DNA from: Catajapyx aquilonaris
Taxonomy: Eukaryota
Assembly (NCBI GenBank): GCA_000934665.2
Contig: JYFJ02000564.1
Location: 1 to 64,000 of the forward strand
Direction: 5' to 3'
DNA: 64,000 bases
Under the pieces are notes generated by a model. That model had not been told where the DNA came from and made no database searches. It worked only from the letters and a program-made list of their open reading frames with translations. Positions 24,993 through 38,900 of this stretch are shown one piece after another. Positions within the stretch are counted from its first letter, which is position 1. Each line of letters starts with the position of its first letter. A program made the translations under genes and the position numbers.

Positions 24993-27900
24993 ATGGGGCT
25001 GTTCTCCAACTCTTCCCCTTTCGACGCTGACATCGGTACGTGAAGCTGCAGAGTGTTACACTGCGCCCCACTGCCTCAGGGTGTTGTAATATAGTTGTAG
25101 TACTTTTGTGTTGGCTATCACTCATGTTTTAATATCACAAAAGATGAAGCACCAGTGCGAGCAATAAAAGCATGTACAAGCTCATGAGTGTCACATGCGG
25201 TTATGGGATAGCATTGGCGTGAGAAAAAGGCAGAAGACACCTGTCCATTGGCCTCTCTCTCACAACCGAAATCTAAATGTCTGGAATTCACTTGACACCA
25301 CCAGTTCTCATGAGTTTGTCAACACCTTAATCTTTTGATTTCATGGTCAGAAGCATTATATCATGTATTCCTAAACTGTTGTTAGATAGGCTTTGACTCA
25401 AATTTCTGCACTCAAAGAATGGCACTGATGACACAAGCCTTTGACTGTGAATGACAATGTTGACATGGTTGAAAGTCATTGCTGCTAAGATGACATGAGT
25501 ACTATTCTTGCATTGCAGCAACTGGATAAGAGGACAGTTCATGTGCATAGTACACACATACATTTTTCAGTGTGCTTTCCAGTCAGTCTCTCTTATCAAC
25601 ATTGCTTGTGATAGTGTGTGGGTGACTTACTTTGCAGGCACTTACAATAGACCCCATGGGTAACCTTTTTTTCCCCATACTTTCAGATAAAGCAACAGAT
25701 GGAAGTCGGACATCAGAGGACTGGGGCCTGATCCTGGATATATGTGACAAAGTGGGGACATTGCCAAATGGCCCGAAGGACTGTATGCATTCAGTCATGA
25801 GGAGGCTCAATGACACCGACCCACATGTTGCCATGAACGCCATCACTGTTGAGTATTTCTCTTGCTGGGATTATGTGGGAGCAATACTGTTGACTCATTT
25901 TTGGGTTTACTTGTGATTACACTGAGATAGGAGCTCATGGGAAATGGAGTTGATAAGTCTGGTGTTGTGCAAGTTGGAGAGTAGGTTATGATGTATAGGG
26001 GTGTTGATAGGGTTACCTGATTAATTTACCCTCATTTTGTATGTGGCCACTGTAGGGGGGTAAGGTTGTCCAGGGCATTAGGTATGTATTGGGTGATGTT
26101 GATATTAGCAGCTGGTTTATTACTGAAAACTATACAGTAGGCAATTTGTTAGGTAGATAGTGTAATCTTCACCCATTTTCATGTGATACCCATCCACAAG
26201 CGCAGGATATTAGCATTTATGAATATGGGTAACTGGAATTTGAATGTGCTCCATGCCACTCCTAATGGGGTTATTGGGTGTGGCCTGAATGCAACTGCAT
26301 GTTAGAATGGAATCAGAGCATGCTGCATTTCAGGTGACTCAGGACTTGCCTCTCACTCTTCCCAATTTGCACCCATCCTTCTTCTCCTCTCCGTGTAGGT
26401 AAAGAAAATTTTTATAGTGACTTGGTAATAAAGCAAGAAAATCCTCAAATAATGGGTGTGAAATAGATATTACAGTAAAACTTCTATAAGTCGAACTTCC
26501 CTAAGTCAAAGAAAATTATGAGCTTGGTTGGTCACAATGTAAAATAATAGGAAATTAACTTCCTTAACTCGAATTTCTATAACGCAAAGTGCAGGTAGGG
26601 CCTTACGATGGGATATTGATGCATTTTCAGTTTCCCTAAGTCGAAGTTCATGTTGGCGAGTACGGAAAATGTTTTCATTTCTCTCCCAGCCAAATGGTCA
26701 AGAGTAGGCCACATGTACAGTCTTCTGCCTTCCTGCTTCCTGAACTCTTGTCTACCAGTAATGACTCATGCCATCCGCACCAGGTCCCATGGGCCCAGAT
26801 ATTCCCACCTTCATTTGATTTTCCCGTTTGACGCGGGATTTACACGGGGCGAGTAACTCGGCCAAGCAGGCAGGAGAGTAGCCTACTGCGCATGCGCAAA
26901 TGTCCATAACATAGTTTTTTTTTTTTACAACAAAACAATGAGGAACGTTGTACTGTGATAGTGACAGTTATTTTTAAGTTTTTAAACCTTTCGTCACTGG
27001 ATATAAAGGTAGGCTTCCTTATAGAGTTATGTGCTTAAAAAATTCCAAACTTCTGTAACTCAAATCTTCTATAACTCGAAGTATGTTTCTGGCCCCATCG
27101 ACATAGAAGTTTTACTGTATATGGTAATTTAGCAAAAGTTACATTATTTTATAGACTGTCTTCCTGACACCATTATGGTATTTTCCTGACCATGATCTTG
27201 CAGAGTTTATTTAGCTTCATATCTCTGGCTTCCAATCTGTCCATGCATAAAGATCTTTTAATCTTATTCCATGGTATATCTGCAAGATTTGGTACAAGTG
27301 GATGCATTGCGATAGTAACTTCCTGTTGGTGATATAACCAATCATAAAGAGGATTGTAATAAGTTCATATTGTGATGGCCAAGTTTCCACTGCTAGCTTG
27401 GTTAGGCAGAGGATCTGCATTAATTTTTACCCTTCTGGTGATGCATTATCAACATTGAAATATCAATAACATGGAGGTTCTGAGTCTATATTTTTGCTAA
27501 TGTCTTTGAACATGCATTGTGCCTTATGAATTCCTGTGTTTGGCTGCCAGGCCCACCAGATCTCATAGGCACAGGCATAACCTGCAGTCATGATGGATGG
27601 TGTCAACAACATACTGCTATAGCAAGACATATGGTAGCAGTTGAAATGCATGTAACTGCTTGATTTCGTCTGCCCTGTTTCTTTCCGTCTCGCTTGTTGT
27701 GTCACCCTGAGTCATTTCTCTCCAAACCTGTCACGTTATGTCATCTGTAATGCCAGCTCTCCCTCTCCAGAAATATGTAGAAGAAAAATTCACACGAAAA
27801 CGTGAAATTTGGGTTAAGAATGCTGGAACAATGGTATCAACTCATGGAATTAAAAAATTCTCATTTATTGAAAATCATGTAGGCTATGTAATGGGACATT

Positions 27901-30615
27901 TTTCTGATATACGTTGATGCAGCTGGGCTTCAATGTAATTGTAGATGAGTTGTCATGATGTCTGATAGGAGAGTGGTAGCTTATGCACCTGACTGAATCA
28001 CTGACAGTTCCTCAAGTCTCTCTTTGCATTCATCATGCATTATTTCTTCCCAGCTTCTTGATGCCTGTGTGAACAACTGCGGTAAAAACTTCCACCTGGA
28101 AATTGCATCCAGAGAGTTTGAAAGCGAGTACCGCAAACTGGTCACCAAGGCTCACCCAAAAGTTAGGGAGAAGCTGGGCCAGCTACTGAAGAAGTGGGCT
28201 GAGGGTGACTTCAAAAGTGATCCCCAACTCAATCTCATCCCTTCCCTTTACAACAAGCTCAGGCAGGAAGGCATGGACTTTTCTGCTCCTTCTGAAGTGG
28301 TATGTACTTTATATTCATTTATGGTTGCAAAATGTGTTCTTATTTGAAATTCACTTGCAGAAGAAAACAGCAGTCAGCAAGGATCCCAATGTTGTTTCTA
28401 GTGCCCAGGAAGAGGAAGATATTGCCAAAGGTAAATTCCATAAGCTTCATTTGATTGTTACCCCAAGTTGATAACATTGTTTTTATCCACTTCTGCAGCC
28501 ATTGAAATGTCTCTGAAGGAAACACAGTCTTCACCAAAAGTAAAGACATCTTTGTATCCAGTGGCAAGGGCACCTAGTCCTACAGGAGGGAGCCCAAAGA
28601 AGGATAGTCGCAAAGTGAGGGCCCTTTATGACTTTCAAGCAGTAGAAGACAATGAACTCACCTTTAAGGCAGGAGAAATAGGTAAGTGCAGTTATCTTAA
28701 TCACACACAGCCATCTTCAAGACCATGGTGTATAAGAGAATATTGTGATAGATATGCACTGTAATATATCGCTCAAAAAGATGGATGCAATTTTGGATTG
28801 AAACGAAATACAAAATCGTATCCATATTTTTGAGGGATACAGTACTTACCTGCACCATTCCAAAAAGTGTTTGGTCCAGAGGGTTTCAAATAAGAGATCA
28901 ACACCTGTATATTTGCTTTCTGGTTACAGTACTGGATGCAATTCTGGAAGCAATTTATTTCAGATGTCTTGTGTAAATGGGATACACAGTAGAATCAATT
29001 GCAGACAATTGTAATGCATGCTAAATGCTGTCAGATTGTGATAAGCAAACTTCAGAGAGCACGTTATTTGCTGCAAGGCTTATTCACATTTTTCTCTACT
29101 TATAGTTCATGTGACAGATGACTCTGACCCAAATTGGTGGAAGGGCAATAACCAACGTGGGGAAGGCCTCTTCCCAGCCAACTTTGTGACTTCTGATCTG
29201 ACTGCAGAACCAGAGCAGTTTAAAGTGGAGCAGCAGAAGAAGTCCGTCCAATTTAGTGAAGAGGTCCAGGTTAAGACGGTGGATGGTGAAGAAGAGGCAG
29301 AAGGGGAGAGCATTGGAGAAGTGACTGAGATAGATGCTGGAAAGCTAGACCGCCTTCTGCAGCTCCTCCATGAAGCTGATCCCACAGGGGAACGAAAGGA
29401 GACTGGTGAGCTGGTCTCACTGGAGGAGCAGTGCCAAGGGATGGCCCCATTGATTGATCAGGAGCTGGAGCAGATTGATCGGAGGCATGCTCAGCTCAGC
29501 AAGTTAGGTGGGGATCTCCAGGATGCTCTCAACATGTACCACACCCTCATGAGGGAGATGCCGCACCCTCCTCAGTTTATGCCCCCACAGCAGTTTGGGC
29601 CGGTTCCAAAGGGATTTCCACCACAGTTCATGCCTCCTCATCATCACATGGGGCCACAGTTTTCAGGAGGATTTCCACCACAGTTCATTCCACCCCAGCA
29701 GATGGATGGGGGGCCACCACCTCCACCACATATGGTGGGGATGCCCCCGCCACACTTCCAGGGGATGGGGATGCCACCTGGAATGGGGGGCCCTCCTTTA
29801 CAACACCAGGGGCCCACTCACCAGGGGCCACCACACCAAGGCCCTCTTCAGCAGCAGGGGCCTCCCCAGCAAGAACCTCCAACCACTTCTGGGGCTCCCC
29901 CTCCATTGATGCACCCACACCAGAATCCACAGATGCAACCAATGGTGTCAATGCCTCTCACTAGTGCCAGGTAATCAAACTTAACAAGTTTCCAAAGTTA
30001 TGAGTCCGAAGAGAAAGATCCTGTCATGCCACATATGAAAAGAGGGGTTGTTGCCTTCAGCGGCTTGGGCTCTGAAAAGCATTTAAAAATCACTGCTTCA
30101 TAACATATGTAGTTAGTTTTGTAACAAATGTAGCAAAAGCAGAGGTCAAGTGGGATAGAACTGGGTGCCCAGCTAAGTAAAGTACCAGTTATAAAACTAC
30201 ATATGTAGTACATATGTGACAATTATTGTCACTACAATTGAACATACCATTGCATTTAAGAAATACTCTATCACAAAAAAGCCCTATTTAAGCACTCCAA
30301 CTGGGCATTAATAATCCAGATGTGCACAGCAAGTGTAAAGATAAACTGCATTATGTTTCTGGTATTGACACTTGTAATATCATGTGGACACATTTTTAAT
30401 GAGTTTTTCTTCACGCTTAAAGCTTACCTGTGGGATATCCAACATTGAATACCTCAGGAGGCTACCCCCACCCACAGCAGCAGCATCATCCTCCTCCCCC
30501 ACCTCACCAAATCCCACAGAGCATGGTAGGAAGCATGCCCCCTCCGACTGCCTCGCAGATGTCGGCAGGAGTCACGTATAGTGTGGCCCCCATGCAGCAG
30601 CAGCCCCTCTTGTGA
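24993..30615 (+). CDS. STAM: Signal transducing adapter molecule (ESCRT-0 subunit STAM), 586 aa, 7 coding exons
   Basis: Exons 24993-25035, 25687-25847, 28054-28299, 28361-28430, 28499-28681, 29106-29970, 30423-30615 (1761 nt). VHS (SPFDADIDKAT...[11 protein letters not shown]...[11 protein letters not shown]), UIM ([15 protein letters not shown]), SH3 (VRALYDF...NELTFKAGE...NWWKG...GLFPANFV), GAT coiled coil and a P/Q-rich tail. AATAAA at 31611. Confidence 0.96.
26473..27117. mobile_element. Tc1/mariner-pogo type MITE, copy 1 (STAM intron 2)
   Basis: TA-cagtaaaacttcta...tagaagttttactg-TA; internal repeats of ttctataactcgaa; same family as 37114-37702. Confidence 0.9.
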
Positions 30616-32814
30616 GTCTTGCTGCCCAGGCCTATAATATTTTCAGGACAGAGCACGAGGAGCAGACTAGCTTCTTACCACTGTACCAAAGTCTCCTCTG
30701 CGTTTCCAAGTTTGTATTCATTGGTCATGGCCTAGTCAAGCACTCAAAGGCAGATTTATTACGTATTGCCACATTACTACATAATGTTGTTTTTTTCAAT
30801 GCCTGGAGATAATGGCAAGGTCGCAGATGGATTTTTAGTGGTTGCAAGGTGTAAGTGTGTAAGGTGCCATTTTATTTTGAATCATTTCCCATCAGTTTGT
30901 GTCTTGACACCATACCTTTCTCCTTTCAGACCTTTCTTGTTTTATCCTCAACCTCCTCAGTGATATCCTCAGTTTCTCATCCTCAACATTGTCCAATACC
31001 GAGCTAATTATGTGCAATTAACTAGATTTTGATGACTGCGTGAAATGTGAATATTTTAAATGTACATTTGGCTATGACAATACAAATATTCCGGTGGTTT
31101 TTTGTTGTTAAACCTTTTCAACTTTTTGGGCTGTCATTCCTCCTCTTTTGTGCTTCCCTTTCTGTATTATAATTTGAAAGGGTTTTGATTATTTGGAAGC
31201 CTATATTTCTGTATTGTACATAACCCATTAATTATTATTATTACTATTATTATTGAAATATAACTTGGTGTAAATGGCTTTATGCGAAGGAGCTTGAGAG
31301 AAAATATATCAGGTAACACATGAATGGCAGATGTGCATGCATGAATTTATATTGTAATATTATCTGTGCTGCAGTCAGAGACATGATGTGCGGACATGCC
31401 TGTTTGTATATAAACAATGAAGGCAAACCAACAATCAGGAACAATGGCAGCTGGCATTGACAATGTAGCTGGTTGTTTGTGTTGCTTCCCGCAGCAGTTT
31501 ACTACCACCCATTTAGCAGTCCACACTTCAGGTCATTGATTACACACCAATGCAATGATAATACAGTAATGTGTACATTTGACACTGGCATGATGCCACC
31601 ATGTAGGAGAAATAAAGTGCTTTAATCATTGCTTTGTCTTCGTGTCACTTATGATGCTCTGTGCATTCATGGATACACACAGCAGCAACCGCTGAGTTTA
31701 GCAACGCACTCGAAGTCTGTCAGCCACGTCAGCCCCTCTCACATTCTACCAAACTGAAACACCCCTCGGACTGTGCGACCCCATGTTAATGCCACTGTAA
31801 AAATGGGAAAATCTCTTCCCTCCTGTTTTAATCTCTCCTGTGGGTTGTATCCATTACGCTTATGTTACTGGACCCAGGATGTGTCAGCAATAAGACCCAG
31901 TAACACCCAGGCACCAGGCCTTCATTACTTCCAGTACTTACGTGAATCAGGTATGTTCAGAGGGTGAAATGTCATCATAAGGAATCTTGGGTGAATCACA
32001 TGGGTTTTTGTCAAAATGTCTTGACCCCTCATCAGACCAAGCTTAGGCGAGATATGATAATTCATTGGTGTCTTGTGATGGAAAATTATTGTCCTAATTT
32101 ATTATGTTTGGGTTGGGATATGAGGTGGGATAAAGAGTGTAAGATCATGGCTGGGCCTTTGACCTAATGAATGTGCAGATTTGAAGTGAACAGCTATAAA
32201 TATTTAAGATTTTACAGTCACCGATATTCCGACTGATATAATACAGTATATTGCATTGCAACCCAAATTTCTGATATTATTGACAAGTAATTTCCAGGAA
32301 TTGTAGTACATAACATGTGACCTACTTCATAAATTCATTTAAAAATTAATATGAAGCCTAAGAAGATTATATACGTACGGTCTTACATGGCAGTGTGAAG
32401 GCATTATTTTCCTAGAATTATTATTTTGGCAAACAGGATTATTTGGGCGAATAATACATGCATTTGTAATTTCATTTTAACGTTCATGATCTTGGCATTT
32501 GTCAGAGAATACGGAGCTATATAATATACGGAGTGCACGCAATTATTTTGACGGGGTGTAGGCCACTGTACTGTGCGGGACATGTTACCACTTGGATACC
32601 ACTCCCTGATGCCCTGATGATACGGCTGATACGGTATCCGACCGTATTCTTGCCTACGACAACCGCGTCCTACTACCCGTGGTAATATTGCGATGGCACA
32701 GGTAGTAGTCCATGTCCCCCATCCAGTGTAAGCGAGGGAGGGCGAGGGGAGAAGGAGGCAGAGAGCGGCGTGGTGTGTGGCAAGTTGAGGCAAGAGGCCA
32801 TCAGGCCACATGAC

Positions 32815-32820
32815 CACGTG
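32815..32820. promoter_or_regulatory. E-box CACGTG just upstream of the NMD3 start codon (candidate Myc/Max site)
   Basis: CACGTG about 130 nt before the ATG; ribosome-biogenesis genes are classical Myc targets with promoter-proximal E-boxes. A 6-mer can occur by chance. Confidence 0.35.
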
Positions 32821-32945
32821 AAAGGAGGGAACAATCCAAGGAACAGTAATTAGGCCGTCATATTCGGGAACGATCGGTGGGGCAGCACCGGGCTGAGAAG
32901 AAGACGAGTCGACTGGAGCCGCTCTCCATAAGGAAGGAGGCAGGG

Positions 32946-35900
32946 ATGGAGTACTTGCCGCAGGATCATGCCGTACAGGCCAGGATGTGAGTTACTTGAG
33001 TCGCTTGCGGATCCTACCGTTGCCTTGGGTCGTCAGATCATTCTCATGACGTGGATGGATCTTATACCATTCATTCTCACACCTTAATAAATATAATAAT
33101 GACCACCCAAAGAAGTAACTTGGGCTTCAAGTCTTGCATGGGCTACATTAATTTAGTTGCACATGTATTATGAGCTTTTTAAAATGTACAGTTATTTAAC
33201 AACAAGGACTTGACCATGATTGGTGGTAAGATGGCCCACAGGATGGGGAAAGTATCACAATGGCTCACCTCTGCACCACAGGGAATGTTTCTGGTTGTTG
33301 GACCACACTGCCAGTTTCATCACTCCATAATACACAGTAATATTGCAGCTATCACTGGTACTATCTTAACTACCACAATACACAATCACTACTGCTCTGC
33401 ACATGGCGTGATTGCACAACATAACTCTGGACCAGTTTATTTCTGTTTGTATGGGAGGTACAGTGCTGGACACATTATTAGCATTTTTTTTTCCGGCGGC
33501 TGCGGCGTTACCTGGCAACCCTGTCCGACGGGCCAATTCAAACATCAGCCCATGAAGAGCGCTTCCATTGTTGCCACTGTTTACAAATCGAGTGAGTGCG
33601 CAGGCAGAAGAGACCCGTCGCTGGGTCGTCCGCGTCACTCACTCGATTTGTAAACAGTGGCAACAATGGAAGCCCTCTCCATGGGCTGATGTTTGAATTG
33701 GCCCGCCGGACAGGGTTGCCAGGTAACGCCGCCGCCGGAAAAAAACATTCAGTGACGGCTAAAGGCCCATTCACACAGGCCGTCGACGGTTTTGGTTTTT
33801 GATCTCGTCGACGCCGCGGACCAATCAGAAAAGGACCCCACGTTACCAGGTTAAGAATTTACATCTCCATCTGGTATGAGAGGAGGGTCACATAGATGGC
33901 CTCAGGATCAAGCCTGGACACTAGATGATCTTATTCACCAGGGTATTTACGTCTCGTGCCCTAAGTGACAAAGCAAGCGAATTTTTTGCAGATCCTTGCA
34001 AAAACGCGAAAAACCACCCGGCTTATTAGGGTTAATTCACACCAGTACTATTCCAAGTAGTATGCTACTCGATTGAATGACAATATCTTATTTTTGCACT
34101 CTTATCACTTTTCCCGGCTTGAATATATTAGGCCCTCATACTGATGGGACATGCGTTTTCCAGGTGGCACTCATGGGTGGCTGTGCAGTACAACTTGTTT
34201 CAACAGTACAAGAATTGTGACATACAAAAACCAAGCTTATGACACTATACTACCTTTGGGACATGGATATTGATGATGGCTTCTCTTCTCTTGCAGTCTG
34301 TGCTGTGGATGTGGAGTCCCAATTGAGCCCAACCCATCCAACATGTGTGTTGGATGCATTCGAAGCAAAGTGGACATCACTGAAGGGATTCCAAAGCAAG
34401 GGTCACTGTATTTCTGCAAGGTGTGTGAGAGGTATGTTCAAAGAAAGTTTCCATTTGTTCATTGACGATGAGGAAAATATATGCCAATCTTTGATATCAC
34501 ACTTCAGGTACCTGCAGCCCCCAGCACAGTGGGTGAAATGCTCTTTGGAATCACGTGAACTCCTGGCCTTGTGTCTAAAAAAGCTGAAGGGGTTGGACAA
34601 GGTCCGTTTGGTGGATGCTGGATTTGTGTGGACTGAACCTCATTCTAAGAGGATCAAGGTTACTGTTTTATTATTTTATAAGATTTGGGTTTAACACACA
34701 CACATTCTGACCTGTCTTCACTAAGGTGTGGGGACGTGGAAACTGAACTTTTCGTAGCGAGTGTAAACTAAACTGACCTAACCTAACCTACCCTACCCTA
34801 CCCTACCTTAACCTACCCTACCCTACCTACCCTACCCTAACTAACCTAGGCTGAGAGAAATGGACTTTTCCAGGTGAAACCCTGCAAAACGGTGAGATTC
34901 TTGTGGGTCAAGCTGTGGGGACCAAAAATGTCCCCACAATTGGCTCCCCAGAGTTACAGTAACACACCTGTTTCCGTCCCCAGACCTTATTGAAGACAAG
35001 AACACCCACACACACACATTTATTCAACATTTACACATTTTCTTTCAGGTTAAACTGACTGTTCAAGCTGAAGTAGCAGGAGGAGCTATTTTGCAACAGG
35101 TTTTCATTGTGGAGTTTACTGTCTGCAATCAGATGTGTAGTGACTGCCATCGTCAGGAAGCTAAGGACTATTGGAGAGCTATCGTAATACCAATATAACC
35201 TTCTATTTTTTTGATGACTTTTTAAAACTAGGTTGATAAGGACTGAGTAGTGGTATCACAAGGGAAATAATTTGAACTGGAGAGAGAATTAGGAGACATA
35301 CTGATACCTGGAACCATGTAACAATCTCGAGAATTGATTTAGACTAGACTTTAGACGAGAGAGACTTTGTGGTGTTTACAGTCAATTTCCCATCAGTAAC
35401 AGGATAAATTCAGCATAATTATTTGTTCATGCAGCAATGAAGCTTCTTTAACTCCAAGCAAGCAGAAATGCATGGTTGGCACCTTGTCAGGGTTTTAGGT
35501 AGTGAAGCCTGGGTTTATTCTGTGTTACATACAACAGGAAAGGTATTTAATTCTAGACCTCCACTGATAGAAACAATTCTAGCAGACGTATGAGATGCAA
35601 GTTGTAGGAGACCTGCATTACTTTGTAGTAAAAGGTGTATAATAGTGTCAACAATATAAACATGAGATCTGATAAAATTGCAATCACGTCTGACCTAAGT
35701 TCTGCTTTGGCGGAAGGTAGGCATGTGCAAGCCAAGCAGGTGAGGAAGAGAAGCTTGTTGGCATGTGGGCCTCCGGGGTAAGGGCCAACCCAGAATAATC
35801 TGATGAACCCTGCTGTATGATAATAATTGCTAGATTTTCTGCAATGAAGCAAGATTTTGCTTCATACCTGTTAGTCCACTTATATGGGGCAGTTTAGTGA

Positions 35901-38900
35901 CACTTGTGTTGTGTTTATAAATCTGCACATTACTTTTGCAGGTTCAAGTGAGGCAACGTACACAAGATAAGCGTACGTTCTACTACCTAGAGCAACTCAT
36001 TCTCAAGTATAAGGCACATGAAAATGTTCTCGGCATCAAGCCAATACATGGTATACATGACATCCTTTCTCTAAGAGTCTAAGACAGAGGTTCCCAAACT
36101 TTTTGAGTCGCGGAGCACTTTTCAGGAGAGATATTCGTGACGGAGCACCAAGATTATCGAGCCGCGTAAGCAGAAAAAAATTCTGAGTTGGAGGGGGGAG
36201 GGGGAGCGCCAAATTAGTAAATTAGAATGGGAGGGGCGAAAGAGCGGCGCAGTCGAAAAATTTTGGGTTCAAGGTCACACAAGCTACTGGGAGATTTGAA
36301 TGGGTATAGCTTATTGAAGAATTCCTTTTTTTCCCAACCTCTTTGTGGAGCACAGTTTGGGAAACTCTGGTCTAAGACATGGTGGTGCACTGTGCTTTTC
36401 CCAGTCAAAGAGAAGAAATCGTGAATTGTTTAGCTCTGCAACCAGTTTTAAGGGAATCAGTCCATTGGAAGCAACAATATTGATCACAATGACTTGTTGA
36501 GTGTTGTTTCTCTTATAATTGGTTGCTGGCCAGAAGAATCCAGAATGTCTTCCCATGCACTGGTGACTCTGCAAAATGCCCTACCCAAGTGAAATGAAAA
36601 TACATGAAATAAATTCACTATTATTTCTTTCAGAGGGATTGGACTTCTTCTACACAACCGAGCAATCTGCCAGAAAATTGGTTGATTTCCTCCTTGGAAC
36701 GGTCCCCTGCAGGTACCAGCTGTCAAAGCGGCTCGTGTCACATGACATCCACAGCAACCTCTTCAACTACAAGCATTCTTTCAGGTCTGCATAACATTGA
36801 AATATTGTCCATCGCTAATAATAATCTAAGACTAGAAAAACCCTCACCATGCTTGAATTTTTCATGACCCAGGCGTAGAAAACCACTCGCTTTGCTTGCT
36901 TTTTTCTAGGCCTGCGGTCTGCAGTGCCCACCATATTTTTAATTGCTTCATACTTATAGCAAGTGATGATGCCCATCCCCCAATCATATGCATACACCCC
37001 ACCCCCACCCTTTGCTCCGTGCATTCACATATCCGTGATTCCCTACCCTGTGATCCATCTGAAATTCCACCTTTGCGTTGGCTGGGAAATATGCATTTGC
37101 CCACCTCAATATACAGTAAAACTTCTATAAGTCGAACTTCCCTAAGTCGAAGTTCTCTAGAAGTCGAATAAAATGACGAGCTTGGTTGGTCACAATGTAA
37201 AATAATAGGAAATAAACTTCCCTAACTCGAATTTCTATAACTCGAAGTTCTCCATAACTCGAAGTTCTGGAAGGGCCTTAGGGAAGGATATCAATGCATT
37301 TTCAGTCTCCCTAAGTCGAAGTTCATGTTGGCGAGTATGGAAAATTTTCTCATTTCCCAGCCGAAGGGTCGAAAGTAGGCCACATGTACAGAAAGGCTGA
37401 ATTTCCTGATCTCTGTCTACCAGACGTACCGAAAGAAGTGTTTGACTCGATTGTGACAATTGAATCCTTGAATCTAAGAGTAGGCAAATGTTTTTTTTTA
37501 CACCAAAACAATGAGGAACATTGTAAGAATGATAGTGACAGTTATTTTTTAAAGTTTTGAACACCTTTTGTCACTGGATATAAATGGTAGGCTTCCTTAT
37601 AGAGTTATGTGCTTAAAAAATTCCGAACTTCTCTAACTCGAATCTTCTATAACTCGAAGTTTTTCCCTGGTCCCATGGAGATTCGACTTAGAAGTTTTAC
37701 TGTACCAATACCTTTTGAATTTTTAGAAACCCCAATTATTGTATGAAGGGAAATTCACAACCTCTACAGCATCTACTCGCATGCACTCGCACATGTATCT
37801 AAATTATATGCTCACTTTCTGACCAGGTTTTTCTAACTGCTCATAACTCCCCTTTATTATAAACATCCATGGAACTCTGTAGTGTTTGTATTAGACTATT
37901 AGATGATCAAAAACTGGTTTCTTTTTTCCCGACCCTTTCTCTTGACATTCTCGACCTATCCCCGGGTCTCCTTGGGCCACCTTGGGCTCTCCTAGGCTCT
38001 CTCTTTTACTTCCTCCCGCCTCCGCTAAGCGGCTCCCCCACGGCCGCCAACCGCCGCTTTTCAGGGGAGCCAACATAAGGGAGGCGCGGACAATACAAGC
38101 ACGACCCCCCTGGGTGACCCGGAGGCCACCCAGCGGGGTCACCCGGAGGCCACCCAGCGGGGTCACCATGCCACAATGTTGAAAATTGCGTCCAATCATG
38201 CTTACGAACTCTCCCTGGGAGGTGCCAGTAACGACCTTGTTTTAATAAACTGAAATTATTTTACTTTGTTTATAAATGTCCATGGAGTTTGCACCACTGA
38301 CAAACAACATCCCAACCAGCCCCCCGCAACTCCCTATCTAGCCATGCGGGGAAGGGCATGAGCTTTGTTGTGCTCCCCCCCATGGTAGAATGTTCTATTT
38401 GGCGCTGGCATCGCTCCAGAGAGCACAAGAATTTGATGTCACGTTTGGGTCACGTTCGGGCTGACGCTTTTCTAAACCAACCTGAACTATTCTTTCCAAT
38501 GCAGCTGGGTCAGTGGGGAAAGTCGCAGAGCCAGCCACCCAAATCAAGGCCCAAGTAGTGCTCTGTGGAGGACGGCAGCACCAAGCCCGTGGGCAACTAA
38601 GCTCACCCATAGGGGGAGGGAGTTGCGAGACCTTATATTAGACCGTGATCCCAATCGTAGCTTCAGTTTGTTTACAACGTTCCATTCCACCCTCCTCTCC
38701 CCCTCCCCTGTTGTGAAGTCACCTTGACCACATGGGTGGAGGAGGATGGAAGGGTAGAGATGTGTCCTCGTTGACGTCCAGCAAGCGACTGTGTTCTTCT
38801 ACCCATTGCGCATGTTCAGAACGGGAGCCAATTGGAGGCGTCATGGTAACAATATTTCCAGGTAACAATTAATGGGGGCCAGTGGGGAAGATGGCGGCAA

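Noticed and set aside
29595..29951. Alternative-frame and antisense ORFs over the STAM proline-rich exon
   Set aside because: Shadows of a GC-rich low-complexity coding exon.
35680..35870. GC-rich hairpins plus TGATGA in NMD3 intron 4 as a C/D snoRNA or RNase P/MRP RNA
   Set aside because: No downstream CTGA box D before the exon and no RNase P/MRP conserved-region motifs found.
37114..37702. Recurring ttctataactcgaa motifs as a possible CRISPR-like array
   Set aside because: Irregular spacing, inside a TA-flanked TIR element present twice; these are MITE subterminal repeats, and there are no cas genes in this eukaryotic context.
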